Part shown: positions 15,869 through 25,213 of the stretch, in pieces | Numbering within the stretch: the first letter of the stretch is position 1 | Layout: every line of letters starts with the position of its first letter | Virus record (IMG/VR): IMGVR_UViG_3300011335_000705 | Coordinates: 1-32,896 of that record | DNA from: a virus | Taxonomy: Duplodnaviria > Caudoviricetes | Direction: 5' to 3' (one strand) | Length of the DNA stretch: 32,896 nt | Position numbers and translations under genes: made by a program | Notes under the pieces: model-generated | What the model was told of the DNA's origin: nothing | The model's database searches: none | What the model saw: only the letters and a program-made list of their open reading frames with translations

Positions 15869-15950
15869 CCTCGCCCGCCTCCTCGATGTCGACGAACTCC
15901 CCGCCGTCCTCCGGCTCGACCGGGACCTGCTCCTCGAACATGACGCTCAT
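15846..15950 (-). CDS. very acidic 34-aa peptide
   Basis: MSVMFEEQVPVEPEDGGEFVDIEEAGEDGEEVSD; AAGGAG SD and ATGA overlap with the holin. Confidence 0.5.
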   Translation of the reverse strand: MSVMFEEQVPVEPEDGGEFVDIEEAGEDGEEVSD

Positions 15951-16174
15951 GGCTTCTCCTTCAGTAGTTGTGTAGTGCCCTTGTCTCCGATGCCGGTGGC
16001 GACGATCGCGGTGAGGATGCTCATGATGCCGGCCCCGACTGCGACGCTGCCCATCTGTGCCCAGTCGAGGCCGACGATGCCGAGGGCGTCGGTGCCCATG
16101 AGTGCGAGGAGTGCCTGCGCCATCGTGCGGACGCACCGTTCGCCGGCGTCCTCCCAGAACTTCCTAGTCCTCAT
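15947..16174 (-). CDS. holin, r1t family
   Basis: FWEDAGERCVRTMAQALLA...DW...SILTAI; two hydrophobic segments. Confidence 0.85.
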   Translation of the reverse strand: MRTRKFWEDAGERCVRTMAQALLALMGTDALGIVGLDWAQMGSVAVGAGIMSILTAIVATGIGDKGTTQLLKEKP

Positions 16175-16464
16175 GACTGTCCCTTCGTGAGGTGGTCCCG
16201 CACGTGCTCATCGAGCCTGGCGTGGACTTTCCCGACGGAATTGATGATCCGCTCGTTCGATTCGTCGGAACGGTTGCGCAACTCCTTGACGTCGGCGCGC
16301 ATGTCCCGCGCGTCTGCTTCCAGTCGGTTTATCGCATCCCTGAGCGATGACCCGCCGTTCGGCGTGAACTGCTTCGACATGGAGATCTGTGCCCGGATGA
16401 TCCACGACAGGCCCGCGAGGAGCGCCACGGCCAGCCCGACGAACGCGAGCGGATCAGTCGTCAT
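16171..16464 (-). CDS. lysis-cassette membrane protein (TM + coiled coil)
   Basis: N-terminal hydrophobic helix, PNGGSSLRDAINRLE motif, ends LDEHVRDH. Confidence 0.7.
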   Translation of the reverse strand: MTTDPLAFVGLAVALLAGLSWIIRAQISMSKQFTPNGGSSLRDAINRLEADARDMRADVKELRNRSDESNERIINSVGKVHARLDEHVRDHLTKGQS

Positions 16465-16518
16465 ATTCGGTGTCCTCTGCCCAGTCGGACACGACATCAT
16501 CCGGCAACCGCAGGAACA

Positions 16519-16791
16519 TCATGGCGCTTCGGGTGCTGCTGGCTGCACGAAGATGTCAAGTGCAGGATCGTACGAGAATCCGATTCCAGCGAAGCAGCCC
16601 CTGAACGAGCCTGAATAACTCGTCTGCCGCCAAACACCATCGAGGGCAAGGCAGTCGGGGTGCGGGCCGTTTATGAATGCCTGCCCGACCGGTTCCGAGT
16701 CTGGAAAGGTGCCGCCGCCGCAATCGGCATTGGCGATCACGATGACGTCCCGGACGATGCCGTACTCGTCGACCTGCGCGAAATGAGCCAT
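16519..16791 (-). CDS. tail-fibre-associated small protein
   Basis: MAHFAQ...WRQTSYSGSFRG.FAGIGFSYDP..DIF; follows the Gly-rich fibre gene. Confidence 0.65.
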   Translation of the reverse strand: MAHFAQVDEYGIVRDVIVIANADCGGGTFPDSEPVGQAFINGPHPDCLALDGVWRQTSYSGSFRGCFAGIGFSYDPALDIFVQPAAPEAP

Positions 16792-17949
16792 CTAGACCGC
16801 CACCCTCACTATTACTAGACCGCCGCCGCCATTGCCGCCAAATGATGCGGAAGCGCCTGTACCGCCGCCACCGCCTCCGGTATTTGCGGTTCCAGCCGTC
16901 CCAGCGCCAGCGGTCGCACCGTTGCCGCCACCGCCCGAGCCTCCCGCACCCGCAGCGCCGGTGCCGCCGCCACCGCCGCCGCCGCCAGCCGTGAATGTTC
17001 CGGCGACGTACGCGCCGGTCGGTGTTGTTCCTGCGATTGTCGTGCCAGTTCCTGCGCCGCCAGCCCCGCCCGTAGTACCGGACCCGACCGCTCCGACTGC
17101 ACTACCGCCGCCACCGCCACCGCCCGCGGTTGAGGCTGAGCCTGTCCCGCCGTTCCTGCCTATAGTCGTGCCAGCGTCACCACTGCCGCCTGTGCCGGAA
17201 GTTTTCTGGCCGCCTCCGCCGCTGGCACCATTCTTTCCGTTATCCCCGTTCAATGAACTGGTGCCGCCGCCTGCGCCACCGCCGGGGGCGAAATACGAAT
17301 CAAGTCTTGATGGGAGGCCATTATTGGGCGTATTTCCCGAGGCTGAACCGCCAGCGCCGATCGTCACGGTAAGGGAGCCCGCTGGCAGATAAGCGTTCGT
17401 GATTGCGACGACACCGCCGCCACCGCCACCGCCGCCCGCGTTGTAGCCGCCCGCACCCCCGCCGCCAACGATGTAGACATCTGCGAAACCAGCCGTTGAA
17501 ATATTGATGGTGCCGCTCGTCGTGAAGGTCAGGTACTTGTAGCCGGTGTAGGAGCCGGTCGCCGTGTCCGAGAAATTGGCAGCGCCGACTCCGCTAGAAA
17601 AAGGGAGGAACGACCAGGTGTTCGTCGCGGTCTTGATGCACGTTCCGCCCGCGTTCTGCGCCAGCGTCAAGGTCGCCCCGTTGATCGTGACGCCTGCGCC
17701 TGCCGTGACCGTCACGACACCGGCCCCGAGGTTGATGAGGACGATCTTCGTTCCCGTCGCGAATGCGACCGACGAGTTCGGCGGGATGGTCGACGTGGTC
17801 GCGCTGGCGTTGGAGTAGGTCACCCCGCCGCCGTTGTCCGCGAGGACCAGTGTGTCGGAGGTCGAGGTGACCGTCCGCAGCGTGAGCGCGTTGAATGCGG
17901 TGTTCAGGTTCGCGGCCGTGAGGACCGCCCCTGCCGTGAAAGCAACCAT
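16792..17949 (-). CDS. glycine-rich tail fibre / receptor-binding protein
   Basis: FTAGAVLTAANLN N-terminal anchor; VGGGGAGG...GGGGG...GGNGGGGLVIVR Gly-rich domain. Confidence 0.8.
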   Translation of the reverse strand: MVAFTAGAVLTAANLNTAFNALTLRTVTSTSDTLVLADNGGGVTYSNASATTSTIPPNSSVAFATGTKIVLINLGAGVVTVTAGAGVTINGATLTLAQNAGGTCIKTATNTWSFLPFSSGVGAANFSDTATGSYTGYKYLTFTTSGTINISTAGFADVYIVGGGGAGGYNAGGGGGGGGVVAITNAYLPAGSLTVTIGAGGSASGNTPNNGLPSRLDSYFAPGGGAGGGTSSLNGDNGKNGASGGGGQKTSGTGGSGDAGTTIGRNGGTGSASTAGGGGGGGSAVGAVGSGTTGGAGGAGTGTTIAGTTPTGAYVAGTFTAGGGGGGGGTGAAGAGGSGGGGNGATAGAGTAGTANTGGGGGGTGASASFGGNGGGGLVIVRVAV

Positions 17950-17960
17950 GCCTCTCCTTC

Positions 17961-19178
17961 CTAGAATCCCAATATATCGTCGTCGAGGACGCCGAAGGTA
18001 GCGTCATCGAGGATGAACGCCGCGAGCGCTTCCGACAGGGTGAACGTCACGTCATGCCGATCCGGCAACGCCTGATGCGAGATCTTGTCGATGGACACGA
18101 TCTGCGAGATTGCCGACCCGATGGATGACGGGGTGAACCCGACGGTGACGACGTCGCCGAGTTCGAGATCGAGGACGCTCGCCTTCTGGCCGGCCGTGAT
18201 CCCGTCGAGGGACACGGTGAGGGTGTCGACCCTGTACTGGGGCTGCGCGTAGAGGCCGACGAGCCATGATGCCATCGCGGACGCCTCAACCGAGCTGGAC
18301 ATGATCGTGGCGTAGTTGACGTCCATGACGCCGTACGCCGCCTGGGCGGCGGTGTCCTCGGCGAGTGCCGTGCCAGCGACGGTCCCGCCGGCCGTGTACG
18401 TCACCGACACGGTGTTCTTCATTTCCTCAGTTCCCCACACCACGGATATGTCGCGGTATGGGATACCGGTCGGCCCGAACGTGATCCCCGTCGTGAATGC
18501 CTGCAACTGCGCCCGGTCCCGGAACGTGAGTGCTCCTTGCCGGCCGATGAACAGCGCACCGAACTCGCTCGTCTCCACCAGCTGCAAGTAGGAGAGGACA
18601 TTGGTGGTCGCCGACACGACGTCCGCGTCGAGGGTGGACTGGCCCGGCCCGATGTCCCGCTTCACGCTCGACCAGCCCGCCTGGTCGAGGACCGCCGTCA
18701 CGCGAGGCCCGGACAACTGCGCGACCTGAGTGCCGGCCGTCATCGTCTGCTGCGCGAGGATCGTGAACCCGTCCGACGCCGACACCGAAGCGACCGCGTC
18801 GAACCCGGAGGACGGGTAGGCGAAGTTCCAGTCCTCAACGAACCCGGAGAACAACTCCTCGCCATCGTTGTCGATGACGATCTGCTTCCTCGGGAGGATC
18901 TGCGTGTAATACGGTCCAGCCGCGTAGGTAGGGTCGAAGATGCGCGTCCGGTTGTCGAGGGTGATGTTGCACTGCCCGGCGGTGAACTTCTCCAGCGTCC
19001 GCGAACGGCCCCTGTCGACCTGCACGCTCCGCAGGTACTGCGTGACGTCGATGAGGGCATCGCCGCCGAGGACATACTGAGTGTTGTCGAGCACGCCCTT
19101 ATCGGTGTCGTCGAGGGTGAAGAAGTTGACGCCCGTCGTGTAGGACAGGTCGAAGGCGATCTGGGCGCGTAACGTCAT
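17961..19178 (-). CDS. minor tail / baseplate hub protein
   Basis: DVTQYLRSVQVDRGRSR...AGQCNITLDNRTR.FDP; directly after the tape measure gene. Confidence 0.75.
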   Translation of the reverse strand: MTLRAQIAFDLSYTTGVNFFTLDDTDKGVLDNTQYVLGGDALIDVTQYLRSVQVDRGRSRTLEKFTAGQCNITLDNRTRIFDPTYAAGPYYTQILPRKQIVIDNDGEELFSGFVEDWNFAYPSSGFDAVASVSASDGFTILAQQTMTAGTQVAQLSGPRVTAVLDQAGWSSVKRDIGPGQSTLDADVVSATTNVLSYLQLVETSEFGALFIGRQGALTFRDRAQLQAFTTGITFGPTGIPYRDISVVWGTEEMKNTVSVTYTAGGTVAGTALAEDTAAQAAYGVMDVNYATIMSSSVEASAMASWLVGLYAQPQYRVDTLTVSLDGITAGQKASVLDLELGDVVTVGFTPSSIGSAISQIVSIDKISHQALPDRHDVTFTLSEALAAFILDDATFGVLDDDILGF

Positions 19179-21451
19179 GCGGCCCGGAAGACCGGCCCGT
19201 TGGCCTGCTCGAACTTCTTCACGTACTCGACGATCGACTGCCCGATCGCACGAGGATCACCGACCCCCGCCTGCACCGTGATCGAGTACGTGTTCCCGCC
19301 CATCGCGTTATTCGGGACGACGCTGCCGCTGCTGCCCGGCACGAACAGTTCCGGCCCCTTCTCTCCGACGATGATCGGCTTCCCGCCCATCACCGGGCCG
19401 CCATTAGCGAAGCCGGCAATATCGGATGGGAGGAATCCGCCACCAGGCGACGATGCCGTAGCGCCCGTCGTTCCCGGCGCGACAGTGATCGGAACGAACG
19501 ACGCAGCCGCGAACGCTTCCGCACGACGCCGAGCGGCGACCGCCCGGCCGTCCGCGAGACCGTCGCGGATAGCCTGCGCGATCTCCTGCGAGATGGCGGC
19601 AGCGATCGGCAAGCCAATGTTCTTCCCCAGCCGGTCGAGCATCTTCTGCTGAGCGGCGACCTCGGTGCTCAGCCCGTTGAGCAGTGCTACCGCATCCGTG
19701 ATGCCCTGCGCGAAGAAATTGTCCGCCATCGCCGTGCCCGCCTCGCCCGCGAACACGTCGAACGCAGCGAGCTGCGCCGTCAACTCGGGAACGACACCAT
19801 CATTGACGAGAGTGTTCGCGAGGTACTCGCCCGCTCCCGGCCCCTGAGTCGCAGCGACCTGAAGAATCTGATCGATGAGTGCCTGCGATCCGCCAGCGCC
19901 TGCAACATTCCTCAGCGAATCCGCGAACTGCTGCGCCGCGACGATCTGCGCCCGGAAGTTCGCGATCGTCGTCGACACGACCGACTCTCCCGCTGCGAGC
20001 GTCCCTTCCTGGCTGGCCTTCTGCGCTGCGCTGAACGCCGTCGACAGGTCGACGGTCCCCTTGATCGCGCCGGTGATCGACGCCGCATAATCGTCAGACG
20101 CCTTCGTGAGGGATTCGAGGTCTTTCGTTGCCTGCGCGAGCGCGACCTGGCTGCCGGCCATCGTCAACGCGAGGCTCTTCTGCTTATCCGTGAGGACCAC
20201 TACCTTCGCCGCTGCGCTCGCTGCACTTCCGCCGAGACTTGCCCCAGTTCCGTCGTCCGTTGCCTTCGCCGTAGCCCCCATCGCGTTGCCAAGCGCGAGA
20301 GCCGCCCCGACCGTGCCGGACATCTGCGACGACAGTGATCCTTGCGCAGTGCCGGCCGCCAGTGCCGCCGACACCGTCGCAGAGGTAGCAGTCTTCAGCC
20401 CAGTCTCAGCGGCGAACGCCTTCGTATACGCCTCAGTCCGCGCATCCATCGATTTCTTCAGCGCCGCATTCGCCGCCTCCATCGTCGCAGCAGCCCCGGC
20501 GAAGTCGCCAGTCATCGCCTGCCCCGCAGCCTTCAACGATGCGATGAGGAGCAGCACCTGGTCACGGATGACGGCTAGGTCGTTGAGAAACCCCTTCGCG
20601 AACTCGAACGCCTGCGGAGTGTTCGAGGCTAGGTTGCCGAGCGCCGTGCCGAGATCCTCAATCGCAGGAGTCAGATCGTTCAAGGTTTGACTGAGCGCGT
20701 CGCCAGCGTCAGTGCCTTCGCTGAAATTGGATACGACACCCTCAATGAACGCTTTTCCGAAACTCTCCTGAAGTTCCCCGAATGCGACGCTAACGCGGTC
20801 GATCTGGCCTTGGAAGGTTCCAGCCTTCACGGCTGCCTGCCCGCCGAACGTGTCCGCGAGCTGCTTCGTGATCAGGTCCATGTCGCCGGTCTTGAGCGTC
20901 GCCTTGTCGAGGCCCGCCCCGAGCCGTGACAGTCCGCCCGTATTTCCGTCAAATGCCTTGCCCAAAGCCTGGACTACGGATTCCAGCGAACGGCCCGTTC
21001 CACCGCTGACGTCGAGACTCAAGGCGAGGAGCTTGTTCGCCTCGTCGACGCTCCCGACACTGCGCACGAGCCGATCGAACGCCGGACGAAGGAGGTCGTC
21101 GGCGACACCCGTTTGCCGCTGCAATGCGTCGATGTTCGCTTCGACCGCGCTCGTCGCCTGCGCAAGTCCGAGGTTCTCCATCGTCTTCGCCAGCCGGGCC
21201 GCTGCCGCCTCATCGTCGAGGAACGCCTTCACGCCATCGACACCGAATGTGACCGCCATCTGCGCGCCGGCTTGGACCGCCTGAATCGCAGCGGTCCCGA
21301 CTGCGGCACCCATGCCGGCAGCGAAGCCCGCCATCTTCGTGAATGCCGCGCCAGTCATCCCCGACTGGTTGCCGAGGAGGTCGAGGTCGCGTTGCGCCCG
21401 CTTTATATCCCGGTCGTTGTAATCCCCCTGGATGACAATGTCGATTGCCAT
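19175..21451 (-). CDS. tape measure protein
   Basis: 758 aa Ala/Gly-rich helical protein; C-terminal FANGGPV...VGEKGPELFVP motif. Confidence 0.9.
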   Translation of the reverse strand: MAIDIVIQGDYNDRDIKRAQRDLDLLGNQSGMTGAAFTKMAGFAAGMGAAVGTAAIQAVQAGAQMAVTFGVDGVKAFLDDEAAAARLAKTMENLGLAQATSAVEANIDALQRQTGVADDLLRPAFDRLVRSVGSVDEANKLLALSLDVSGGTGRSLESVVQALGKAFDGNTGGLSRLGAGLDKATLKTGDMDLITKQLADTFGGQAAVKAGTFQGQIDRVSVAFGELQESFGKAFIEGVVSNFSEGTDAGDALSQTLNDLTPAIEDLGTALGNLASNTPQAFEFAKGFLNDLAVIRDQVLLLIASLKAAGQAMTGDFAGAAATMEAANAALKKSMDARTEAYTKAFAAETGLKTATSATVSAALAAGTAQGSLSSQMSGTVGAALALGNAMGATAKATDDGTGASLGGSAASAAAKVVVLTDKQKSLALTMAGSQVALAQATKDLESLTKASDDYAASITGAIKGTVDLSTAFSAAQKASQEGTLAAGESVVSTTIANFRAQIVAAQQFADSLRNVAGAGGSQALIDQILQVAATQGPGAGEYLANTLVNDGVVPELTAQLAAFDVFAGEAGTAMADNFFAQGITDAVALLNGLSTEVAAQQKMLDRLGKNIGLPIAAAISQEIAQAIRDGLADGRAVAARRRAEAFAAASFVPITVAPGTTGATASSPGGGFLPSDIAGFANGGPVMGGKPIIVGEKGPELFVPGSSGSVVPNNAMGGNTYSITVQAGVGDPRAIGQSIVEYVKKFEQANGPVFRAA

Positions 21452-22020
21452 CAGCGTCGCCCTCCAAGGATTCTGTCTGCTCGACGTTCCGCTTCCCGGA
21501 TCACTTCAGCGACCTTCTGCTTCGCCCTGGCGACGACCGGCCTGTTGTTCGCTGCCTCATTCAACCCGCGTGCATACTTCCGGCCCGCCCGATTGTTCAG
21601 GTTGTTCGCGAATGACTGACCACGGTAACCAGTGCCAGGAGCGGGCGGCGGTTTCTTGTTCGACCCGGCCATCGCATACATAGCGCCGGCCGGCGACATC
21701 GTCGCGACCGCGACACGGAACTGCCCGCCCGTCGACACCTTCTTCGGCTGCGTCGTATTCACCTTGATGCCCGTGCGGACCTTCGTCGCGTTATAGGACA
21801 GATCCTTCGTCGTGGACACGCCCTTGCGGGTCACCTTCGTCGCATTCCAGCGACCCCAGTTCGACAACGGCCCCGACGTTGGGGTCTTCGACCGGACCTC
21901 GTCCCGCAGCACTTCACCCGCCTGCTTCAGCCCCTTGTCGATCCCCTTGAACACGTCACGATCGAATGCCTTCAGGACTGCGACGGCCCGCTGCTCACCC
22001 GTGACCTTCACCTTCATCAC
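21451..22020 (-). CDS. HK97 gp10-like neck/tail-completion protein
   Basis: VKVTG...LK...KGLKQAGEVLRDEVRSKTP; basic; GTGA overlap with the chaperone extension. Confidence 0.55.
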   Translation of the reverse strand: MMKVKVTGEQRAVAVLKAFDRDVFKGIDKGLKQAGEVLRDEVRSKTPTSGPLSNWGRWNATKVTRKGVSTTKDLSYNATKVRTGIKVNTTQPKKVSTGGQFRVAVATMSPAGAMYAMAGSNKKPPPAPGTGYRGQSFANNLNNRAGRKYARGLNEAANNRPVVARAKQKVAEVIREAERRADRILGGRR

Positions 22021-22184
22021 TTGGATCGCCTCCGTCCGTCGCCGTGCTGGGTATGACGCCACCGCAGGTAACGCAACATCGTGATCTGCATCCGATCCGA
22101 CTCCTGCAGGATCACTGAAGGAGGAAGTCCGAACTCGTAGGCAAGGTGGACGAGGGTGAAGTGAGTGCTGCCTTCTCCAAAGGG
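22017..22184 (-). CDS. tail assembly chaperone frameshift extension (gpGT-like)
   Basis: -1 frame entered at CCCTTTG gives ...RPFGEGSTHFTLVHLAYEFGLPPSVILQESDRM... Confidence 0.7.
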   Translation of the reverse strand, partial: PFGEGSTHFTLVHLAYEFGLPPSVILQESDRMQITMLRYLRWRHTQHGDGRRRSK

Positions 22185-22447
22185 CGGATCTCCTTTTGCC
22201 CCTCCGCTTCCTCGTCGTCGCCGACACCCTCCACGGTAGGGAGCCACTCCTCGAACGTGCGAGTGACCTTCCCCGTCCGCGTCAATGCCGCCCACGCAAG
22301 GAACCACACGTATTCGAGTCGCTTGCCGACCTGATCAGTGCCCAGGTCGTAGGTCCGCTCGAACGTGATCGAGTCCGCGCCCGTGCATAGCGCACGTTCG
22401 ATCGTGCCGTCGACGTACTCGACTTTGAGGGGGATTCGCTTGATCAT
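22112..22447 (-). CDS. tail assembly chaperone (gpG-like)
   Basis: Directly after the major tail gene; FERTY...WFLAWAA...FEEWL; slippery site near the 3' end. Confidence 0.8.
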   Translation of the reverse strand: MIKRIPLKVEYVDGTIERALCTGADSITFERTYDLGTDQVGKRLEYVWFLAWAALTRTGKVTRTFEEWLPTVEGVGDDEEAEGQKEIRPLEKAALTSPSSTLPTSSDFLLQ

Positions 22448-22464
22448 CGCAGGTGACCCCTCGG

Positions 22465-22872
22465 TTAGACGGTGCCGCGGGTGACGGTCCCGGACGTCGG
22501 CCACGAAACGGACAGCGTCGCCAGGTCGCCCACGCTCGAAGCGAACGGGGTGTACTGGTTGACGAGGCAAAGCGCCGTGTACGACGGGTTCGTCGCCGAC
22601 ACGGTGCCCGACGTCGGGGTCATGACGACAGTCGCAATGGTGTTGAGGAGCGGGAACAGAGTCGCATCGACGCTCGATGCAGCGAAGTCCTGCATGAAGT
22701 CGAGCTGCAGCGTGCCATCCTTCAACCCGCCGATACGGGTGCGGAACGTGCCGCCGAATGCCGTCGTCTCGACGTCATCGGATGAGATCTCAAGGTTGAC
22801 CTGGGCGATGGACTGGCTGAAGTCCGTCCCGTTAATCGTTATCTTGTAATCGTTGCTGACGAACTTCGCCAT
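22465..22872 (-). CDS. major tail tube protein
   Basis: VETTAFG..FRTRIGGLKDG.L.LDF.QDF...PTSG..SATNPSYT; strong SD. Confidence 0.85.
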   Translation of the reverse strand: MAKFVSNDYKITINGTDFSQSIAQVNLEISSDDVETTAFGGTFRTRIGGLKDGTLQLDFMQDFAASSVDATLFPLLNTIATVVMTPTSGTVSATNPSYTALCLVNQYTPFASSVGDLATLSVSWPTSGTVTRGTV

Positions 22873-22884
22873 TTCCTTACTCCC

Positions 22885-23292
22885 TTATGCGTAGACGATG
22901 ACCGTGAAATCCGCAGTGAGGTAGATCGTATCCCCAATACTGGTCGATCCGTAGGCCGATAGCTCGGTGACCCGCAGCGTCTGCGCGACCCCTCCGAGCG
23001 TCCGATCGAACTCGATCGCCGTCTTGATCGACCCGCTGCCGGTCGGTGCGCAGTAGCCGTCCATGATCGACTGGCCATTCCTGGCATCCTGACGGCCAGC
23101 GATGAGGGTGACAGTGAAGGCGTACTCGTCGAGTCCGCGCTTGAACGTCCGGTCGAATGTGATCGACGTCGGGAAGATGATCGCCTGCGGAGGGGTCGGA
23201 TTGTCGGGCTGGATCGCATTCGCCCGCAGCCCCGTGATCGTCGCGAGGTTCGTCGCCAGCCCGGCCCGCAGCGCCCCGACGGTTACCGTCAT
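22885..23292 (-). CDS. tail terminator / head-tail connector protein
   Basis: Between the adaptor and major tail genes; DRTLGG motif. Confidence 0.6.
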   Translation of the reverse strand: MTVTVGALRAGLATNLATITGLRANAIQPDNPTPPQAIIFPTSITFDRTFKRGLDEYAFTVTLIAGRQDARNGQSIMDGYCAPTGSGSIKTAIEFDRTLGGVAQTLRVTELSAYGSTSIGDTIYLTADFTVIVYA

Positions 23293-23885
23293 GCGACGCC
23301 GACGATCCGACGGTACGGCTCGACCAGTGCGGCGACGTCCGGGTCGAGTGCCCGCGTCACCTTGATAACCCCAGCCTCTCCGAAGCCTGCAACCCCCAAG
23401 GGACTTTGCAATCTGGTAAAAATTCTTGAGGCTTGCAGGACGGTCGCCTGCGTGATGACGAGAGGATTCGACGGGAACCCGAACACGCCCCTCACGCGCA
23501 CCGTAGCCTCACCGCCGGCAACCGGCCACAAGTAGTCCTGGATCGCCCGAATGCGCGTGTACGGCACCGCCTGACCGTTGCTGACACCGTTGAGCGGCTC
23601 CAGCTGGTAGTCCGTCGTCTTCCACGTCGTGTCGAATACGCCGTCCGCACCCGTCGACGAAGTGATCGTCAGCGCCGTGCCGGCGATGTCATCAGTCTGG
23701 AGCACGTAGTCGTCCGATGGGGCGAACACTCGCGTGACCGTGCCCGAGGAGTCGAAGGTCCGCCCGCAATAGCCGTCGATCAGGTCCGAGGCCGCGACAC
23801 GCGCCATCTCCAGCAGCGTGTCGTCCACGGTGTCGGTGATCCGTAGAGCCGCCTTCACCTGAGCAAGACTCGCGTAAGCAGTCAT
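23289..23885 (-). CDS. head-to-tail adaptor (gp6/gp15-like)
   Basis: YASLAQVKAALRI.D..DD.LL...AAS..IDGYCGRTF...DPDVAALVEPYR. Confidence 0.85.
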   Translation of the reverse strand: MTAYASLAQVKAALRITDTVDDTLLEMARVAASDLIDGYCGRTFDSSGTVTRVFAPSDDYVLQTDDIAGTALTITSSTGADGVFDTTWKTTDYQLEPLNGVSNGQAVPYTRIRAIQDYLWPVAGGEATVRVRGVFGFPSNPLVITQATVLQASRIFTRLQSPLGVAGFGEAGVIKVTRALDPDVAALVEPYRRIVGVA

Positions 23886-23915
23886 CTTCCCTCCACGGTG
23901 ATCATACCGAACAAA

Positions 23916-24575
23916 TCAGCCGTTAATCGTGACCGACGGTCCCCGGAACCGATGCCCTTCAAGGGCGAGGTTCACGAACGGATTCAGCGACACGACACCG
24001 ACACCCATCGACCGGAGTTTCTTCGCGACCTTCGGGAGCTGCTGCTCCCACACCGTGAACGGCTTCGGATCACCTGGCGCATACCCGTCGACCGCATCCC
24101 GATCGTCGAGGATGCCGCAGTCCGCGCCCGCGAGGACAATGAACCGCGCCCCGAGATACGCCGCGAAATGCATCGCCATATGCAGGCTCGTCGGCCCGCA
24201 CACGAGGTGATCGTCGTGCGTCGGCCAGTGCTCCGCCGTGTCGAACTGCGAGTACATCTGCGGATTCGTCTCCACGAAGTGGACGTTCGGCTGCGTCGGT
24301 CGTGTCTTCGCTGGGTAGCCGATGCCCTGCTCGACCATCGGGACGATCACCGGGAGATCCGGCCGTGCATCCGCGAGGATGTGCGCGTCCAAGTGGTAGT
24401 GGGTGACGGAGTAGAACTCGTCAAGCCCCAGCGCCTCCCCTGATCGGTTTACGCACACGACGGTCTTGCCGTCGAAGAATCCACGAGGGACGTAGTCGAG
24501 GGTCGCGCCGGATCCGACGACGTAGATCGTCTCCCCCGCATTCCGCCGCTTGAAGTCCGTGTATCGCTCGGCCAT
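23916..24575 (-). CDS. Maf/DUF115 (MptE-like, sialyltransferase-like) putative glycosyltransferase
   Basis: IYVVGSGATLD, VVCVN, TSLHMAMHFAAYLGARFIVLAGADC match the G.GPSL / LG...I.L.G.D pattern. Confidence 0.65.
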   Translation of the reverse strand: MAERYTDFKRRNAGETIYVVGSGATLDYVPRGFFDGKTVVCVNRSGEALGLDEFYSVTHYHLDAHILADARPDLPVIVPMVEQGIGYPAKTRPTQPNVHFVETNPQMYSQFDTAEHWPTHDDHLVCGPTSLHMAMHFAAYLGARFIVLAGADCGILDDRDAVDGYAPGDPKPFTVWEQQLPKVAKKLRSMGVGVVSLNPFVNLALEGHRFRGPSVTING

Positions 24576-25213
24576 CAGTCCCACGAGTTTGCCCTCCGTC
24601 GTTCGAGGCTCCATCCGCCCGGACCAGGATTGGACCGCTTGCGATCCATGTACTCCGCGTTGCTCGCGTACGTGCGGTTGTTGATCTCGCCGAAGAATCC
24701 GAGCGTCGACGAATTGTGATGCACGACCGGGATAGTCGAACGCTTCACCTTGACGCCCTCGATCGCGCACCGCATCTCGTAATCATTGTCCTCGAAATAC
24801 GCCGGGTGGAAGCCCTCGTCGAACAGTCCGACGCGCTGCACGGCATCCTCGCCGACCGCGAACGCACAGTACGGCTGCGGAGAATCCACGAGGAGCACGC
24901 CCTCCCCGGCCTGCTCCGCGAACATGCGCAGCGACCCGGCCGGCCACTCGACGTCGAAGTTGCTGATCAGCCACCAGGGGGCGAACGGATCAGCCTTGAT
25001 CCCGAGGTTCCAACTGCCCGCGACCCCGAGGTTCGCCGGCATCTTGATGACCTTCGTCGACTGCACATGCTCAACCGGCCAGCCGGCCGACTCGCGCAGC
25101 GCGTCCCCGTTGTCGATGATGATCAACTTCCTGATCGGGTAGTCGATCGTGTCGAGCATCCGTCGCAGGATATCCGGCCCCTTCAGGATCGGGACGATCA
25201 TGCACGGGATCAC
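24575..25213 (-). CDS. glycosyltransferase family 2
   Basis: IVPIL...LIIIDNG...NLGVAGSWNLGI...SNFDV...VGLFDEGFHPAYFEDNDY; GTG start overlaps the upstream stop. Confidence 0.85.
   Translation of the reverse strand: MIPCMIVPILKGPDILRRMLDTIDYPIRKLIIIDNGDALRESAGWPVEHVQSTKVIKMPANLGVAGSWNLGIKADPFAPWWLISNFDVEWPAGSLRMFAEQAGEGVLLVDSPQPYCAFAVGEDAVQRVGLFDEGFHPAYFEDNDYEMRCAIEGVKVKRSTIPVVHHNSSTLGFFGEINNRTYASNAEYMDRKRSNPGPGGWSLERRRANSWD

Noticed and set aside
16832-17470. Gly/Pro-rich repeats as collagen, PE-PGRS or a DGR target
   Set aside because: Explained by the Gly-rich tail fibre domain; no G-X-Y periodicity, reverse transcriptase or template/variable repeat pair.
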